Below, in pieces: positions 1-11,900 of a stretch of 64,000 nt of DNA. This stretch comes from a virus. Where the stretch lies: IMG/VR virus record IMGVR_UViG_3300013233_000246, positions 29,126-93,125 of that record; one strand, given 5' to 3'. A program made the translations under genes and the position numbers. Below the pieces are notes generated by a model that ran no database searches, was not told the origin of the DNA, and saw nothing but the letters and a program-made list of their open reading frames with translations. Position 1 is the stretch's first letter. Every line of letters begins with the position of its first letter.

Positions 1-1050
1 CAACAAGTAGCCGATGGCGTTTCTGCTATTCTTGGTGGTTTAGGTAATGCTTATACTACTATACAAGGTGACATTGGCACTGCTGTAGCAGGAAGTACAA
101 CAGATACATTAGCGTTTATTGGTGCTGTTAATGGTGGTATAGTAACGGTGGCAACGGATAGTGCGCCAGATACTGTTACTTTTGCATTTGATTTGCCAGA
201 TCTCGCTGGTGGTGTAGGAACAGTAGCATTGACCGATACGATTGCTGTTGGTGAAGGATTAAATACTGTAACTTATACATTCCAGGATATGGTTACTGAT
301 TTGGGCATTCCTAGTGGTGTTGGATCATTAACTGGAATTATTGTTGGAGATGGAGCAGGTAATTACATTGTTCGTTCCATAGCGGTTGATGGAGCAGGTG
401 CTTTGGATGGTATTGCTATCACCAATTCCACTGGTGTTGCTGCCAATCCAACGATAGGATTAGATATAAACGGTAATGTTGCAGCAGCAGAAGATTTGGC
501 GGCAACAGATAAAGTTATTGGATATAATACATCCGCAAATGCGAATCAGACATTTACTGGTCAAGAGGTTGCTAATGGCGTTTCTACCATGTTAGGTCTT
601 GGTGGATTGGCAGTTACTACAATAAATGCAAGTGTAGGTACACAGGATGTATTAACATTGGTTGATACATCAAGAGGTAATAAAATATTATCTATTGGTG
701 ATACTTCTGTCACATGGGCAGAAAACCGAGTTGGTAATAATGACTGGCTACAGATTGGATCTGCCGTAGATGCAAAATCAGGATATATAGTTCCACTCAA
801 TGCTACTATTGTAAAAGTAACAGCACACACTGAAAATAATAAAGGTCATACTAAACCTATATTATTGTATGTAAATGGTGCACTTAACAGTACAATAGGT
901 ACATTTAACGGAGTCGCAGGTGAAGATACTTTTGAAGATGTAACGGTAGATATTAATGTTGCTGCTGGTGATAAATTGCGTTTGCGTGGTGGAACAGGTG
1001 GGCGTATTGAAGATACTGTCATCACACTTTGGATCAAATGGCGAGGATAA
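1..1050 (+). CDS. virion structural/tail-fibre-like protein, 5'-partial
   Basis: Frame is open from base 1; Gly/Thr/Ala-rich beta-type sequence in the late module. Confidence 0.65.
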   Translation, partial: QQVADGVSAILGGLGNAYTTIQGDIGTAVAGSTTDTLAFIGAVNGGIVTVATDSAPDTVTFAFDLPDLAGGVGTVALTDTIAVGEGLNTVTYTFQDMVTDLGIPSGVGSLTGIIVGDGAGNYIVRSIAVDGAGALDGIAITNSTGVAANPTIGLDINGNVAAAEDLAATDKVIGYNTSANANQTFTGQEVANGVSTMLGLGGLAVTTINASVGTQDVLTLVDTSRGNKILSIGDTSVTWAENRVGNNDWLQIGSAVDAKSGYIVPLNATIVKVTAHTENNKGHTKPILLYVNGALNSTIGTFNGVAGEDTFEDVTVDINVAAGDKLRLRGGTGGRIEDTVITLWIKWRG

Positions 1051-1089
1051 AGTTTGTGGGGAATAATACCCCCACAAAATTAAATAATA

Positions 1090-1593
1090 ATGAGTTTTAT
1101 AATACGCAATATTTCTGGTGCGCCAATAGAAGTTGATGATATTGGTATACGTTTAGAGATTGGAGAAGATGTAAGTCTTGTTGAGGAAGCATCCAAAGAT
1201 ATTGCGGTATCCGATGATTTAATATTAGCGATACAGAATTCTGAAATTATTGTTTTGGATCCTCTTGATGGATTGACGCCATTAACACAAGCCCAAAGTA
1301 TTGAAGCGATTCGGGTTGCAAATGATCCTCATTTTAGGATTCATGGTGGTGAATTATCACAATTAGATGATGTGTCTAACACAGTACCACCTGATGGTTA
1401 TGTATTGACGTATAATCAAATATTACAATTGTGGGAACCACAGGCAGGAGGGGGAAGTGGTGGACCAGCTGCATCATGTTTCCCATTTTTTAAATCTGAT
1501 GGTACGGAAGATGATATTAAAGTAACAGGCGGCCAATTTCCATTTTTTAAATCTGATGGTACACAAGATAATATAATAATACAAATTTGTTAA
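1090..1593 (+). CDS. putative virion protein
   Basis: Fibre-type motif LSQLDDV..PPDGYVLTYN....WEP; C-terminal FPFFKSDGT repeated twice. Confidence 0.55.
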   Translation: MSFIIRNISGAPIEVDDIGIRLEIGEDVSLVEEASKDIAVSDDLILAIQNSEIIVLDPLDGLTPLTQAQSIEAIRVANDPHFRIHGGELSQLDDVSNTVPPDGYVLTYNQILQLWEPQAGGGSGGPAASCFPFFKSDGTEDDIKVTGGQFPFFKSDGTQDNIIIQIC

Positions 1594-1602
1594 GGAATAA
1601 GA

Positions 1603-2499
1603 ATGGCAGATAAAATACCAGTACGGGCAAGATTTATAGGTACAGATGTAACCGCCTTGCAAGAATTTGAACCTACAGATACAATTGCACTGTCAATTAT
1701 ATCTGGTTTCGCAGCTGGTGTAACTATAGAACTTGGCAATAATAGCATTGCTGCTTTGGCGGATGTTAATACACCTACACCAGCAAATAACGAAGTGTTG
1801 ACTTTTAATAGTGGTACTGGTAAATGGGAAGCACAAGTATCTCCAGGAAATAGTGCTGCTATTTGGGGAAATATCACAGGCACGTTATCAAATCAATTAG
1901 ATTTACAATCAGTATTGGATACAAAGATTGAAACAGCTTCTAATGTTGGAACTGGTGATGGTGTATTTGCACAAAAAGTAGCACAGGATTTAGAATTAAA
2001 AACATTGGTAGCAGGTGAGAGTATCCAGATAACACCATCTGCAACAGAATTGTTGATTGATAGTAGAAGGGATAAATTTTTTGCACATAACGGAGGAATT
2101 ACCCAAACCTTTGGGAGTGGTCGTATAACTGTTTTGTTTCCAACAGTAGCTAGGAGTGATGCTGCATATACATATAATTCTGGTGAAGTTACAATCAACA
2201 CCGCCGGGTGGTATTTTATAGAATATCAAGTATCTGCTGATAACACAGGAAATTCAAGATCGACATCGGAGATAGGTGTTACGATAAATTCACTAACAAC
2301 TTTCCAACCAGGGTCATTTGGATACGGATATCATAGAAATTCATCTGATGGCAAAGGTTCATTTACTGGTAGAATATTAGTACAATTATCAGTCAATGAT
2401 ATAATTCGTATTAGAATTCGTAGAGATGGTAGTGGATCTACATTAGAAACATTACCAGATGCTTGTAGATTGACAATAATTAGTACGGGAGCACCATAA
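1603..2499 (+). CDS. tail-fibre-associated protein, C1q/BclA-like C-terminus
   Basis: LADV..TPANNEVLTFN motif; C-terminal VTINTAGWYFIEYQV...VQLSVNDIIRI; AAGGA SD. Confidence 0.55.
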   Translation: MADKIPVRARFIGTDVTALQEFEPTDTIALSIISGFAAGVTIELGNNSIAALADVNTPTPANNEVLTFNSGTGKWEAQVSPGNSAAIWGNITGTLSNQLDLQSVLDTKIETASNVGTGDGVFAQKVAQDLELKTLVAGESIQITPSATELLIDSRRDKFFAHNGGITQTFGSGRITVLFPTVARSDAAYTYNSGEVTINTAGWYFIEYQVSADNTGNSRSTSEIGVTINSLTTFQPGSFGYGYHRNSSDGKGSFTGRILVQLSVNDIIRIRIRRDGSGSTLETLPDACRLTIISTGAP

Positions 2500-3314
2500 T
2501 GTCAGTAGAAGTAATTAAAACATTTACCACCACATGTTATGGAGCAGTGCACGATGCAATAAATAATGATGCAGCTTTTTCTGCTGTAACATTAGAACAA
2601 GTTGTAGCATCAGGTGGAACAACCACATCATTTTTCTTTAGCACTGTATTAACTGGACCGGAAGATATAGCGCTAGACAATTTATTGGCTGTGTGGGTAT
2701 GCCCCCCTACTGTGTCACCGGACAGCCCTAATGGAACATTAGTATCCACAGAACTTGATACGGTAGATGTATCAGCAATAACAGAAGATTCATATATTAT
2801 ATATGATTTTTCCGCGAGTAAATGGGATATAATTCCAACTCCAACCAGTGGATCTTCTGGAAAACTATTACAGGTTAAAATGGGGGATATTCCTGCACAA
2901 TCAGGCACCACCAAAATACCAAAAGATTCCTCAGTGCCATTAATAACAGAGGGGTCTGAAATATGGTCGCAAACTTTCACGCCAACAAATACCGCAAGCG
3001 TAATACGAATAAATACTAACGTGACTGCATCCTTCTCTGAAGATAAAAAGAATATAGTTTTTGCAGTTTTTCGGGATAATGTGTGCATCGGAACAGCATT
3101 GCAAAATATAACTAAAAAGAAATCTGGATTTGTTGTATCATTATCTGTTACAGACTTACCTAATACTATAACTTCGGTTACGTATTCAGTAAGAGTGGGT
3201 AGAACTGGAAACAATGATGTGTGGTATATAAACGATATTCATAATACTCCAAATGCATTTGGTGGTACATTAATTAATAATGGATATTCTGTTGAAGAGT
3301 TGGAGATAATATAA
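2499..3314 (+). CDS. putative virion/tail protein
   Basis: Coupled ORF; GKLLQV..TFTPT..SVIRI..TYSVRV pattern typical of phage fibre-tip modules. Confidence 0.5.
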   Translation: MSVEVIKTFTTTCYGAVHDAINNDAAFSAVTLEQVVASGGTTTSFFFSTVLTGPEDIALDNLLAVWVCPPTVSPDSPNGTLVSTELDTVDVSAITEDSYIIYDFSASKWDIIPTPTSGSSGKLLQVKMGDIPAQSGTTKIPKDSSVPLITEGSEIWSQTFTPTNTASVIRINTNVTASFSEDKKNIVFAVFRDNVCIGTALQNITKKKSGFVVSLSVTDLPNTITSVTYSVRVGRTGNNDVWYINDIHNTPNAFGGTLINNGYSVEELEII

Positions 3315-3925
3315 TGCCAAACTATATAGAAATCATAGGTAGATGTTTTGATAGCGTAGAAGCTTCAGTTGTTCAAGGTGGTGATCCAACAATATATACG
3401 GATATTGTTTGGTCAAGTACACCAATCCCCCAAGCAACATTAGATGCTGGGGATTGTACTGGTTCGTTGGTAACAACATCTGTCAATTTGGAATCTGGTG
3501 AGGGAATTATATTACCACTAACCTTTAATCATGAATCTACTGCTAAAAATAAATGGCTCTCTCATGAGGGGGATACAGGACTATCAAGTGATGAAACACC
3601 AGCAATAATACCTTTTTCGTGTAAACTTGTTGGTATGACATTTAGCAATTCTAAAAATAGTGTTGAAACAGACGTTGAGGTATATCAAACACCGAAGAAT
3701 AGTAGTACACGAACACTGGATTCGACTTGGCAAATAAGAGCGTCCAGGTCGGGATACAAAACGAATGTCGTAGAAACTATCTTCGAAGCTGGATCAAAAA
3801 TAGGAATATATCTTAGGGATAAGGGAACGGATCCGAAGAGAGTAGTGGTAATTTTATATGTTCAAATATTACAACTACTACCAGAAGAAAATACAGAAGA
3901 TTATACAACTTCTGATGATGATTAA
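3314..3925 (+). CDS. hypothetical virion protein
   Basis: Coupled ORF (TAATG) in structural operon. Confidence 0.5.
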   Translation: MPNYIEIIGRCFDSVEASVVQGGDPTIYTDIVWSSTPIPQATLDAGDCTGSLVTTSVNLESGEGIILPLTFNHESTAKNKWLSHEGDTGLSSDETPAIIPFSCKLVGMTFSNSKNSVETDVEVYQTPKNSSTRTLDSTWQIRASRSGYKTNVVETIFEAGSKIGIYLRDKGTDPKRVVVILYVQILQLLPEENTEDYTTSDDD

Positions 3926-3936
3926 GAGGAAAAATA

Positions 3937-4890
3937 ATGTCACAAATAGTACGAATAAAGAACAACACTATCATTGATAAAAAATGGGCGGGTCAGTCGG
4001 TGTTAGCTGGTACATATTATGATATACCAGAATCGGAAATATCGGCTTGGAAAGATGATGATATGGTATTCACCGCTATAGCGAATGGAGACGTTATTGT
4101 TAACAAAGGCTCGGATATAACGGATGACATATTAGACATAACAGAAGCATGGAAATGGATGCTTGGCGATACATTACCAATATCTTCACTTGGCAAACAA
4201 CTATCAGTTCATTCTTCTACTAAACCGGAAGTTAACGGAAAAGAATTTTTCTTACAATGGACCGGAGCTGGTGATGATGTAACTAATGGAATAATTGGGG
4301 AAGGAGAATTGCTTTCGTTTTCACTAACTCCCACCGATGCTTCAATAAGTAAAGAGATAAGATTTGATCCACAGTTTGGTGATACCTACATACATGAAGG
4401 ATATGCAAAGTGGTATCATGATTTGAATGTATCTAATGGTGCAGGAGATTATATGTCAGCCATGATAGTTTCGGATCCAACACAATTACAAACGGTTGCC
4501 AGTTTAGATTGTGTGATTGTAAATGATTGGGTTAAATATGCACCTGGTGGTGCGGGTACTGGTACACATGGTTTCGCCGCAACCCCCATATTAGTTCCTA
4601 GAGGATTTAGTAAAGATGGGGATTGGGATTATGATGGAACAAACCTCACACCAAATTTGTTAGGTACTGGTGGTTATAATATATCTAGTGTTGAGAGAAT
4701 TGTTCATAGATATATTAATAAAATACCTATGTGCTTTACTAGTAATTCATTCAACAGACTAACATCAGATGAAACAGCATACTTACCACCAGGATATTTT
4801 ATACGCGTAACAGCATTTAATGTATCTGCTTCCAATTGGAATTGTGCGTTTATGTTTGAAGTTTATAGGGAAAGAACAGCAGTACCATAA
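3937..4890 (+). CDS. hypothetical virion protein
   Basis: 317-aa ORF with GAGGA SD. Confidence 0.55.
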   Translation: MSQIVRIKNNTIIDKKWAGQSVLAGTYYDIPESEISAWKDDDMVFTAIANGDVIVNKGSDITDDILDITEAWKWMLGDTLPISSLGKQLSVHSSTKPEVNGKEFFLQWTGAGDDVTNGIIGEGELLSFSLTPTDASISKEIRFDPQFGDTYIHEGYAKWYHDLNVSNGAGDYMSAMIVSDPTQLQTVASLDCVIVNDWVKYAPGGAGTGTHGFAATPILVPRGFSKDGDWDYDGTNLTPNLLGTGGYNISSVERIVHRYINKIPMCFTSNSFNRLTSDETAYLPPGYFIRVTAFNVSASNWNCAFMFEVYRERTAVP

Positions 4891-4900
4891 GGAGAAATAT

Positions 4901-5323
4901 ATGTATAAATGTAAACATTTTATAATACAAGAACTAGTATCACCAGGAACTTTTCAAAAGCGTGGTGAAAAAGCATGGCAATTATTGGACGACGGGATGC
5001 TGATGACATTAGATCGTTTGCGCGACAAATATGGCAAAATGACCGTCAATAATTGGAAATGGGGTGGTGATCGTGAATGGTCGTGTCTACGAACAGCAGA
5101 TAGTCCATGGTTTAGCACATACAGCCAGCATTCTTTTGGTAGGGCAGCTGATATAATATTTGCTGATGTAACAGCAGAATCCGTACGGCAGGATATATTG
5201 GCAAATCCAGACGAATTTGCCTTTGAATTTATCAACAGTTTTGAAGAAAATACATCTTGGTTGCATTTTGACGTTAGAAATTGTGATAGAGTTCTTACAT
5301 ATCCAATACCTATGAAAAAATAG
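4901..5323 (+). CDS. peptidase M15A-like Zn peptidoglycan peptidase (endolysin candidate)
   Basis: LR..SQHSFGRAADI...WLHFD motif; AGGAG SD places the start at 4901. Confidence 0.8.
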   Translation: MYKCKHFIIQELVSPGTFQKRGEKAWQLLDDGMLMTLDRLRDKYGKMTVNNWKWGGDREWSCLRTADSPWFSTYSQHSFGRAADIIFADVTAESVRQDILANPDEFAFEFINSFEENTSWLHFDVRNCDRVLTYPIPMKK

Positions 5324-5377
5324 TCTGTATACCACATGTGATAAATACATGAAAGATATGTATTTAGGATAAATCGC

Positions 5378-7933
5378 ATGATAGTAAACTTTCAACAAGG
5401 TATTGTAAGCCACCAAGATGGTGGATTTTTGCAGGTTAATGGGGCTGTTGTTGGCATATTGGCCACCAACCGTCCTACCACCATTACAGTAGCGCACAGG
5501 CAGACAAATTATACACATTCAGAAGATTTGGCGCTGCCTGCTGCATGGATTGGACCATTCACGGAAATCAATTATTGGCTGTACTGGGATTTTAACCCAT
5601 TAGATTTCACTAGGACTTTTGGTAAAACAAGCCTAGAACCTGTAGCACAATCCATACCACCTGGTTCTGGAAATACGGATATTTTTGATGTCGTTGATGG
5701 TGCCGCAGGTATTGGTAAATTTATTGTTGAAGGGAAATTCGTTCTACCCATCAATAAGCCATTTGCGGTTTTAAACTCTACGGGCAATAATGGTTCATAT
5801 ACTGTTTTGGGAACCATTTATGATGCAAATACTGGACGAACCACAATAACAGTAAATGAAACAGTTCCTGATCCCGTGGCTGACGGTGAAGTAACCTTAG
5901 ATATTGATTCTTCAGGCAATCCATTGTTTGTTGATGGACGCCATTGGTTTGATACGTCTACAAATAAGCATTATATTCTCAATGGAACGCTGTGGCAGGA
6001 AGTAATACGTGTATTTGCTGCACAATTAATTAATGGTGTAACTTTAATAAGCTTTAGTCAGAATTCTGCCCTTGGTGATTTCACGGGAACGCAAATAGGT
6101 AGTAACGTACAAGTCCCTTCTGGAAGGATTTTGTTTGGCGAAGCAAGCAATCCAATACGTAGAGATAATGGAACATTTTTCACAACAGAAGATCAGTTTT
6201 TCACAAATCAATCTCGCGTTGATGCGTTGCGTTTAGAATCTAATGTTACGCGGGCACAATCTATAGAAGGTACGATACTTTCCCAATTTAGCATTGTGGC
6301 GTGGACAAATGATGGTCAAGTAACATCTGCGCAATATGATGATACGGGAAATACCGTTCTTGGTATTCTCACAGAAACAATACAAAATTTAGAAGTTGGA
6401 GCAATAATAACACAAGGATCTGTTACCAATCCTGATTGGAATTGGACTGGTGGAATAGATCCTATTCCTGTTGGTAGTCAATTGTGGGTACAGAATGGAC
6501 AATTAGTAACATCAAATCCAAACTTGAGTGACCCAATAACATACCCTGTACCCCATGTGCCAGTAGCACGGGTGTTGGATAAAGATACTATTATTTTTGA
6601 ACAAGGTCTTGGAGGAGTTGGTCCACGAGGTCCAATAGGTAGTATTAGTAATTTACCAATTGCAGATACTACGGATGCGGGCGCTGTAACATTATTAACA
6701 CCTTCATCCAATTCATTGCGTGGCATTGTAATTAGTGATACAGATTTTAGGTTGACCAATGCTCGACAACCATTGTCACATTCACATCAAGCATCCGATA
6801 TAGGATTTATTCCTGGTAGTGGTATTATATCTTCCGATGTTCAGAATGGTATGTTGGAGTTGGGAGCTGGTAAATTGGATTTGATTGGTGGTACTATGAC
6901 AGGACCACTTACATTATTTGCTAATCCATCCAATCCATTAGAAGCTGCAAATAAACAATATGTAGATAATTTAGTATCTGGTCTTATTTGGTTAGAACCT
7001 GTAGATTTAATTGACATGGTTTCGGATGCAGTAACTACACCGCCAACAAGTCCACAGCTGGGAGAAGCATATATAATTCCGTCTGGTGCAACGGGTGCAT
7101 GGTCAGCAATAGCACAAGGAAACGTAACATCGTGGGATGGCACGGCATGGCAGGATTTGGGTGCAGTTTCTACTTTTGACGCTTCGCCAAGATTTGGTAT
7201 TGCATTTTTTGTTTCTGCGACTCCATCGGGTTCTTTTGCTGGTAGAAAAAATGATATAGTAACATATTCTGGTTCTACCTTAAGTGGGTTTGAAACCCCA
7301 ATATCAAACAATGCCATATTTGTTCGTTCATCATTGTCTTCAAATGCGTTTAAACGATATGCGTTTAATGGAACTTCTTGGATATTGTTTAGTAGTGGTC
7401 AAAATTTAACAGCCGACGGAACTACAATAGAATTCAATACTAATGTGGTGAGTGTTAAGCCATTTGGCGCTGGCGGTACTGTTGATGCAGAATTGTGGCA
7501 AGGGTTACAACCAACGGATCTTGCTACAGTATATGCCCCTATTGTACATACACACACAATACCATATGATTTTGGTTTCTTTATAACAGGTCCCATACAA
7601 CCGAGCGTTCTTGTCGGTTCATTTATGGTTACAAGACCAATATCGGTTAAGTCACCAGCCGCTGAAAGTATAGCATATGCTAAAGTTGCTTCTACGGCTT
7701 CTTACACACTTGATATAGTACATGAAATACCAACTGTTAGTACAACAACCGTTGGTACAATTAATTTTCAAGCAGGTATTAATTATGGTATAATAACATG
7801 GGGATTTGATACTTCATTCTCCGCAGGTGATTTATTGCAAATAGCAACTCCATCGGGTACACCAGACAGTACTTTAGGAGAAATAACAATCACAATAGTT
7901 GGTTGTGCGTTGGCTTCAACCTGTACATTATAA
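5378..7933 (+). CDS. tail fibre/baseplate-associated protein
   Basis: GGTMTGPL..AANKQYVD fibre motif; DUF2793-like TPP..GEAYII...GAW segment; N-terminus paralogous to the 12553 protein. Confidence 0.7.
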   Translation: MIVNFQQGIVSHQDGGFLQVNGAVVGILATNRPTTITVAHRQTNYTHSEDLALPAAWIGPFTEINYWLYWDFNPLDFTRTFGKTSLEPVAQSIPPGSGNTDIFDVVDGAAGIGKFIVEGKFVLPINKPFAVLNSTGNNGSYTVLGTIYDANTGRTTITVNETVPDPVADGEVTLDIDSSGNPLFVDGRHWFDTSTNKHYILNGTLWQEVIRVFAAQLINGVTLISFSQNSALGDFTGTQIGSNVQVPSGRILFGEASNPIRRDNGTFFTTEDQFFTNQSRVDALRLESNVTRAQSIEGTILSQFSIVAWTNDGQVTSAQYDDTGNTVLGILTETIQNLEVGAIITQGSVTNPDWNWTGGIDPIPVGSQLWVQNGQLVTSNPNLSDPITYPVPHVPVARVLDKDTIIFEQGLGGVGPRGPIGSISNLPIADTTDAGAVTLLTPSSNSLRGIVISDTDFRLTNARQPLSHSHQASDIGFIPGSGIISSDVQNGMLELGAGKLDLIGGTMTGPLTLFANPSNPLEAANKQYVDNLVSGLIWLEPVDLIDMVSDAVTTPPTSPQLGEAYIIPSGATGAWSAIAQGNVTSWDGTAWQDLGAVSTFDASPRFGIAFFVSATPSGSFAGRKNDIVTYSGSTLSGFETPISNNAIFVRSSLSSNAFKRYAFNGTSWILFSSGQNLTADGTTIEFNTNVVSVKPFGAGGTVDAELWQGLQPTDLATVYAPIVHTHTIPYDFGFFITGPIQPSVLVGSFMVTRPISVKSPAAESIAYAKVASTASYTLDIVHEIPTVSTTTVGTINFQAGINYGIITWGFDTSFSAGDLLQIATPSGTPDSTLGEITITIVGCALASTCTL

Positions 7934-7943
7934 GGATATATAA

Positions 7944-8894
7944 ATGCCAATACAGGTAATTACAACATATAAGAGAATACCACCATCACCAGTCACATTA
8001 AAAAGTGCTGGTGATGATATATTCCCTATTTGTGATGTAACCATATTTCTTACTGCCATAGTGGATAATATACCTAATTTAAATCAAGGACATACTATAT
8101 TGTGGGAGCAATTGAGTGGCACACCCGTAACCTTGATAAATCCAGATCAGCAAGTTGCATCATATTTACAAATACCACTAGATGAGACAGATAAGGAATT
8201 TCGCGTAACAATAGATAAATTTTTTCCTGAAGAACAAAGTTCTACGGTTACTGTTTATGCAACGCCAACATCTATAGCCACAACTAAATTTTGGGTAGAT
8301 TCAAAAAATTTCACACCAGCAACGCCTGTGGATTTTAACACAATTAATGTGACTACATCTGCACAAATACCTGAACCACTGGGGGTAAGAAATAATAACG
8401 TTACACCCATAGAAATATTTAAGATATTTTGGGATATTCCACCAGATATAATATTGCAACCATTTTTGACACAAATGACATTGTTTGAGAATGATATTCC
8501 AGTGGCTACATATTTACCTACTGATTTATTGGAATATTTAGGTGGACCAAACGTATACAATGTTTCGTCTGACTATATCGTTAATGGCCAACCATCTACG
8601 GCAAATAGTAGAAAGAAAGATTTTTTTGGAACAGTTGTTCCAAAAACTAAAGCAATAGATGACATATTTGATGGCATTGCATTTACATCGGATACTATAT
8701 TGACAATTTTTACAAATAATATACAATCCCAAGAATCCATTATGCCAACATCAAGTTTGCCACCAAATGATACAAATGTAGTAAGATTCATAAATAATAG
8801 TAGACAACTTGACCAATCACCAGTATATTCTTCATTTACTACTGGATCGTCAACAATATTTCGTTCTGACCCTGGTGGTATAGGCGGAGGATAA
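7944..8894 (+). CDS. virion protein with PKD/Ig-like domain
   Basis: AGDD...LTA...WEQLSGTPVTL motif. Confidence 0.55.
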   Translation: MPIQVITTYKRIPPSPVTLKSAGDDIFPICDVTIFLTAIVDNIPNLNQGHTILWEQLSGTPVTLINPDQQVASYLQIPLDETDKEFRVTIDKFFPEEQSSTVTVYATPTSIATTKFWVDSKNFTPATPVDFNTINVTTSAQIPEPLGVRNNNVTPIEIFKIFWDIPPDIILQPFLTQMTLFENDIPVATYLPTDLLEYLGGPNVYNVSSDYIVNGQPSTANSRKKDFFGTVVPKTKAIDDIFDGIAFTSDTILTIFTNNIQSQESIMPTSSLPPNDTNVVRFINNSRQLDQSPVYSSFTTGSSTIFRSDPGGIGGG

Positions 8895-8901
8895 AGGAAA
8901 A

Positions 8902-11900
8902 ATGAAAATTGAAGGAATTGTAACATTAGTATTTCGAGATATTGATACTGGTGAAATAACAAAAACTGTTAAACAAGACAATAATATAACTACCAATTGG
9001 ATTGAAACTTCTATGGTTACTAATAGCACGAGTAGTTCTGTCAACCAAGGAAAATTTGGCTCAAAGATATTTATTAGTGGTTATCTTATTGCTTTTACCG
9101 ATCCGGATGTATATAAAATTCCACTAGTGCATGGCATTGGATTCATAGAAACAGGAGTTACATCACCAACAATAGTAAATTCCACAAGCACAACCCATGG
9201 ATATGGGCAACATCAACAAAGATTCGCTCCTCCTGCAAATACTATTAATATCAATATCATTGGATTGACTTATCAAACTTCTATAAGTGCTGATACCACC
9301 GTTATAGCACAAGCTTATGTTAAGCTCGCCAGCACATGTACACAAACCCCAACAGAAACATTGGATATTTTTTATAGAGTTCAATTTCCATACGATTATT
9401 TTAAGTTACCAGCACCACCAGATAGGAATACATCAGGTATAAGTTCACTACAAGCGGATATTATGTTAGATCGTTTTTTTATAACACCAACCAATCAAGA
9501 TTATTTTAATAATGTATCTTCTGATTGGAATGGTACAATGGATTACACTAGGCTCGCATATAAATCTACAAGAAATACAGGTCATGATTTGGGAAATGTT
9601 TTTTCAGGAACTAAAACAATATCTGGTGATTCTACATTACACAAAATGAAAGTAGATACTTTAATAACCATTGATAAGAGTGTGGGAAATGTTATTGGAT
9701 TCTTATCATTTGGCCAAGGCTCAACCACTGGTATAAATCCATGGTCGCGGGGCGTTACGGATCTGGGTGTAGATGTTATTCAAAATATATTTGGTCATTC
9801 CTCAACCGCAACTAAACCATTTTTTGATTCAACACAACAAAATTCTGGTGATGGTACGATAGCTTTGAATGGTTCTTCGTGGACAAATCCAAATTTTCCA
9901 AAACAATATAGATTGAATATTACAGGTTCTGGAGCATTGGGTATCGGAACATATCAATTTCAGGTCCGCAATCATTTTGGTTTTTTGAACAATTCATATG
10001 AAGATATGATTCGATCTATGTCTGGTATGATGGAACAAAATAAACATATGCATGATGGATTTTTGTTTACGATAGGAACAAATGTGGGAACAACTGCGGA
10101 TGTTAGAGAAAGACCTAAAATAATAAGATATGATATAGATACAACAAATACTAATGTTTTGTGTATAAACAAAACAGAAGTCTATGTATTTAATTTATTG
10201 ACACAAACCGGCGTTCTTTATAATGTAACAAATAATCCTACATTTACGCCCACTAATATAACACAAGTAACGTATGATTCCGCAGGCACTATATATGTTG
10301 CATGTAGGGACACAGGAATATATAAAATCTCTACACCATTAGGAATCCCAACAATAACACATATAGATAATACTACTACAGGTCTGACTGGTTTATTGGT
10401 GAGTAAATGTTATGGTATTGCTATTGGTAGTGGTGGTTTTTTATGGGCTGCATTTGATGGTGGTTTATTTTCATCTATAGATGGTGGTGTAACATGGACA
10501 CAGGCTACGTTCACAAATGCTACAATAATTAGTGATTGGAACAGGGTAAAATTTATACAAGTAGACCCATCACATGCAGATCAGCGTATGGCATTAGTAT
10601 ATGAATCGAGCACACCAGCAACCGGAACTTATTTACAATTGAGCATCCTTTGGTGGAATAACAATACTTCTACTGATGTTCAAGGTGTACAATTCAAATC
10701 ATTCGATAGAAATATTCAAAGTTCTTATATTGCAAATACTAGATTTTTAGCAGAAGAGCCATGGACATACTTTGATTCTTTGAAACCATCACCAACACAA
10801 AATAAATGGGGTGGTGCTATGGGTACTACTCCAACTACACAGGATTCTGATGCATATCCTACTTATTTTACATTTAATACTAATACGTTTATACAAGATA
10901 TAAATTCTCAACTGCGAACATTTCAAGAACATATAGATTGGGAACTTCATTCTAGTGGAAGCCAAAGCATAATATCAATTTCGTCTGTGTCTACTTCGGA
11001 TGCTAGAATATCATTATATAAAGATGATAATACCTTTACATTTAACAAATATAAGAATGTAAATTCTACGAGCATAGGGGATGTTGATTCTATTGAAAAG
11101 GGGCCGGTGTGTTATTTGGGAAATTTGGTAGTGTTGGGTTGGCAGCCTACTGCAACATTACAATACTATACGATTATGACATGTGGTGATAAAACGGCAT
11201 CAGGCGGTGCACTCAACTATCTATTATATGATAGTTATGGTTGGAATGGTTCAAATTGGGTATTAGACAACCCTGGTTCAAAAACCATACACGGCACCGC
11301 CGAAGTCTTGAGTGATGGTGTAACTATAGCATTTGATGATAATCTTGGAACACAAACGTTCGTAGCTAACGATTATTATACTTTTGGTGTTTTACAAGGC
11401 ATATGGTTGGATGGCTCTACACAAATAACACACAAAACAGGATTATATTTTAAAAATATTTTACAAAACCAAACAACTTTAGAGGTAGGAACTTTATCTG
11501 CTATTCCAAGATCACCTGAAATATTTGAACGAAAACCAAATATTTCAGCAACACAAATGACATGGCAAGACCAATTTGGTGTGACAACATCCACAATAGA
11601 TACTGTTCGCACTAATCCCTCTACTGCACTTTATGACGCTGGTGCAAGATCCATAGAAAAAATAACAGGTTTGGGATTAACAAATAAATCCCCCTCTGAC
11701 ACAATTTACGGAACTTTTACGTTTGGTTTGTATACTAATATGGGCGGCACCGCTGCATCTGAGGCTATAGCTTGTGGTTTATCACCAGCTTCAGTGTTAA
11801 CAACACCAATAGATAGGGCATCTGTGCATTATGGTTTCGAACTTGTAAATGTTGGTACTGGTGTAGACAACGGACTAATGGCAGATATTAGTATAATTGA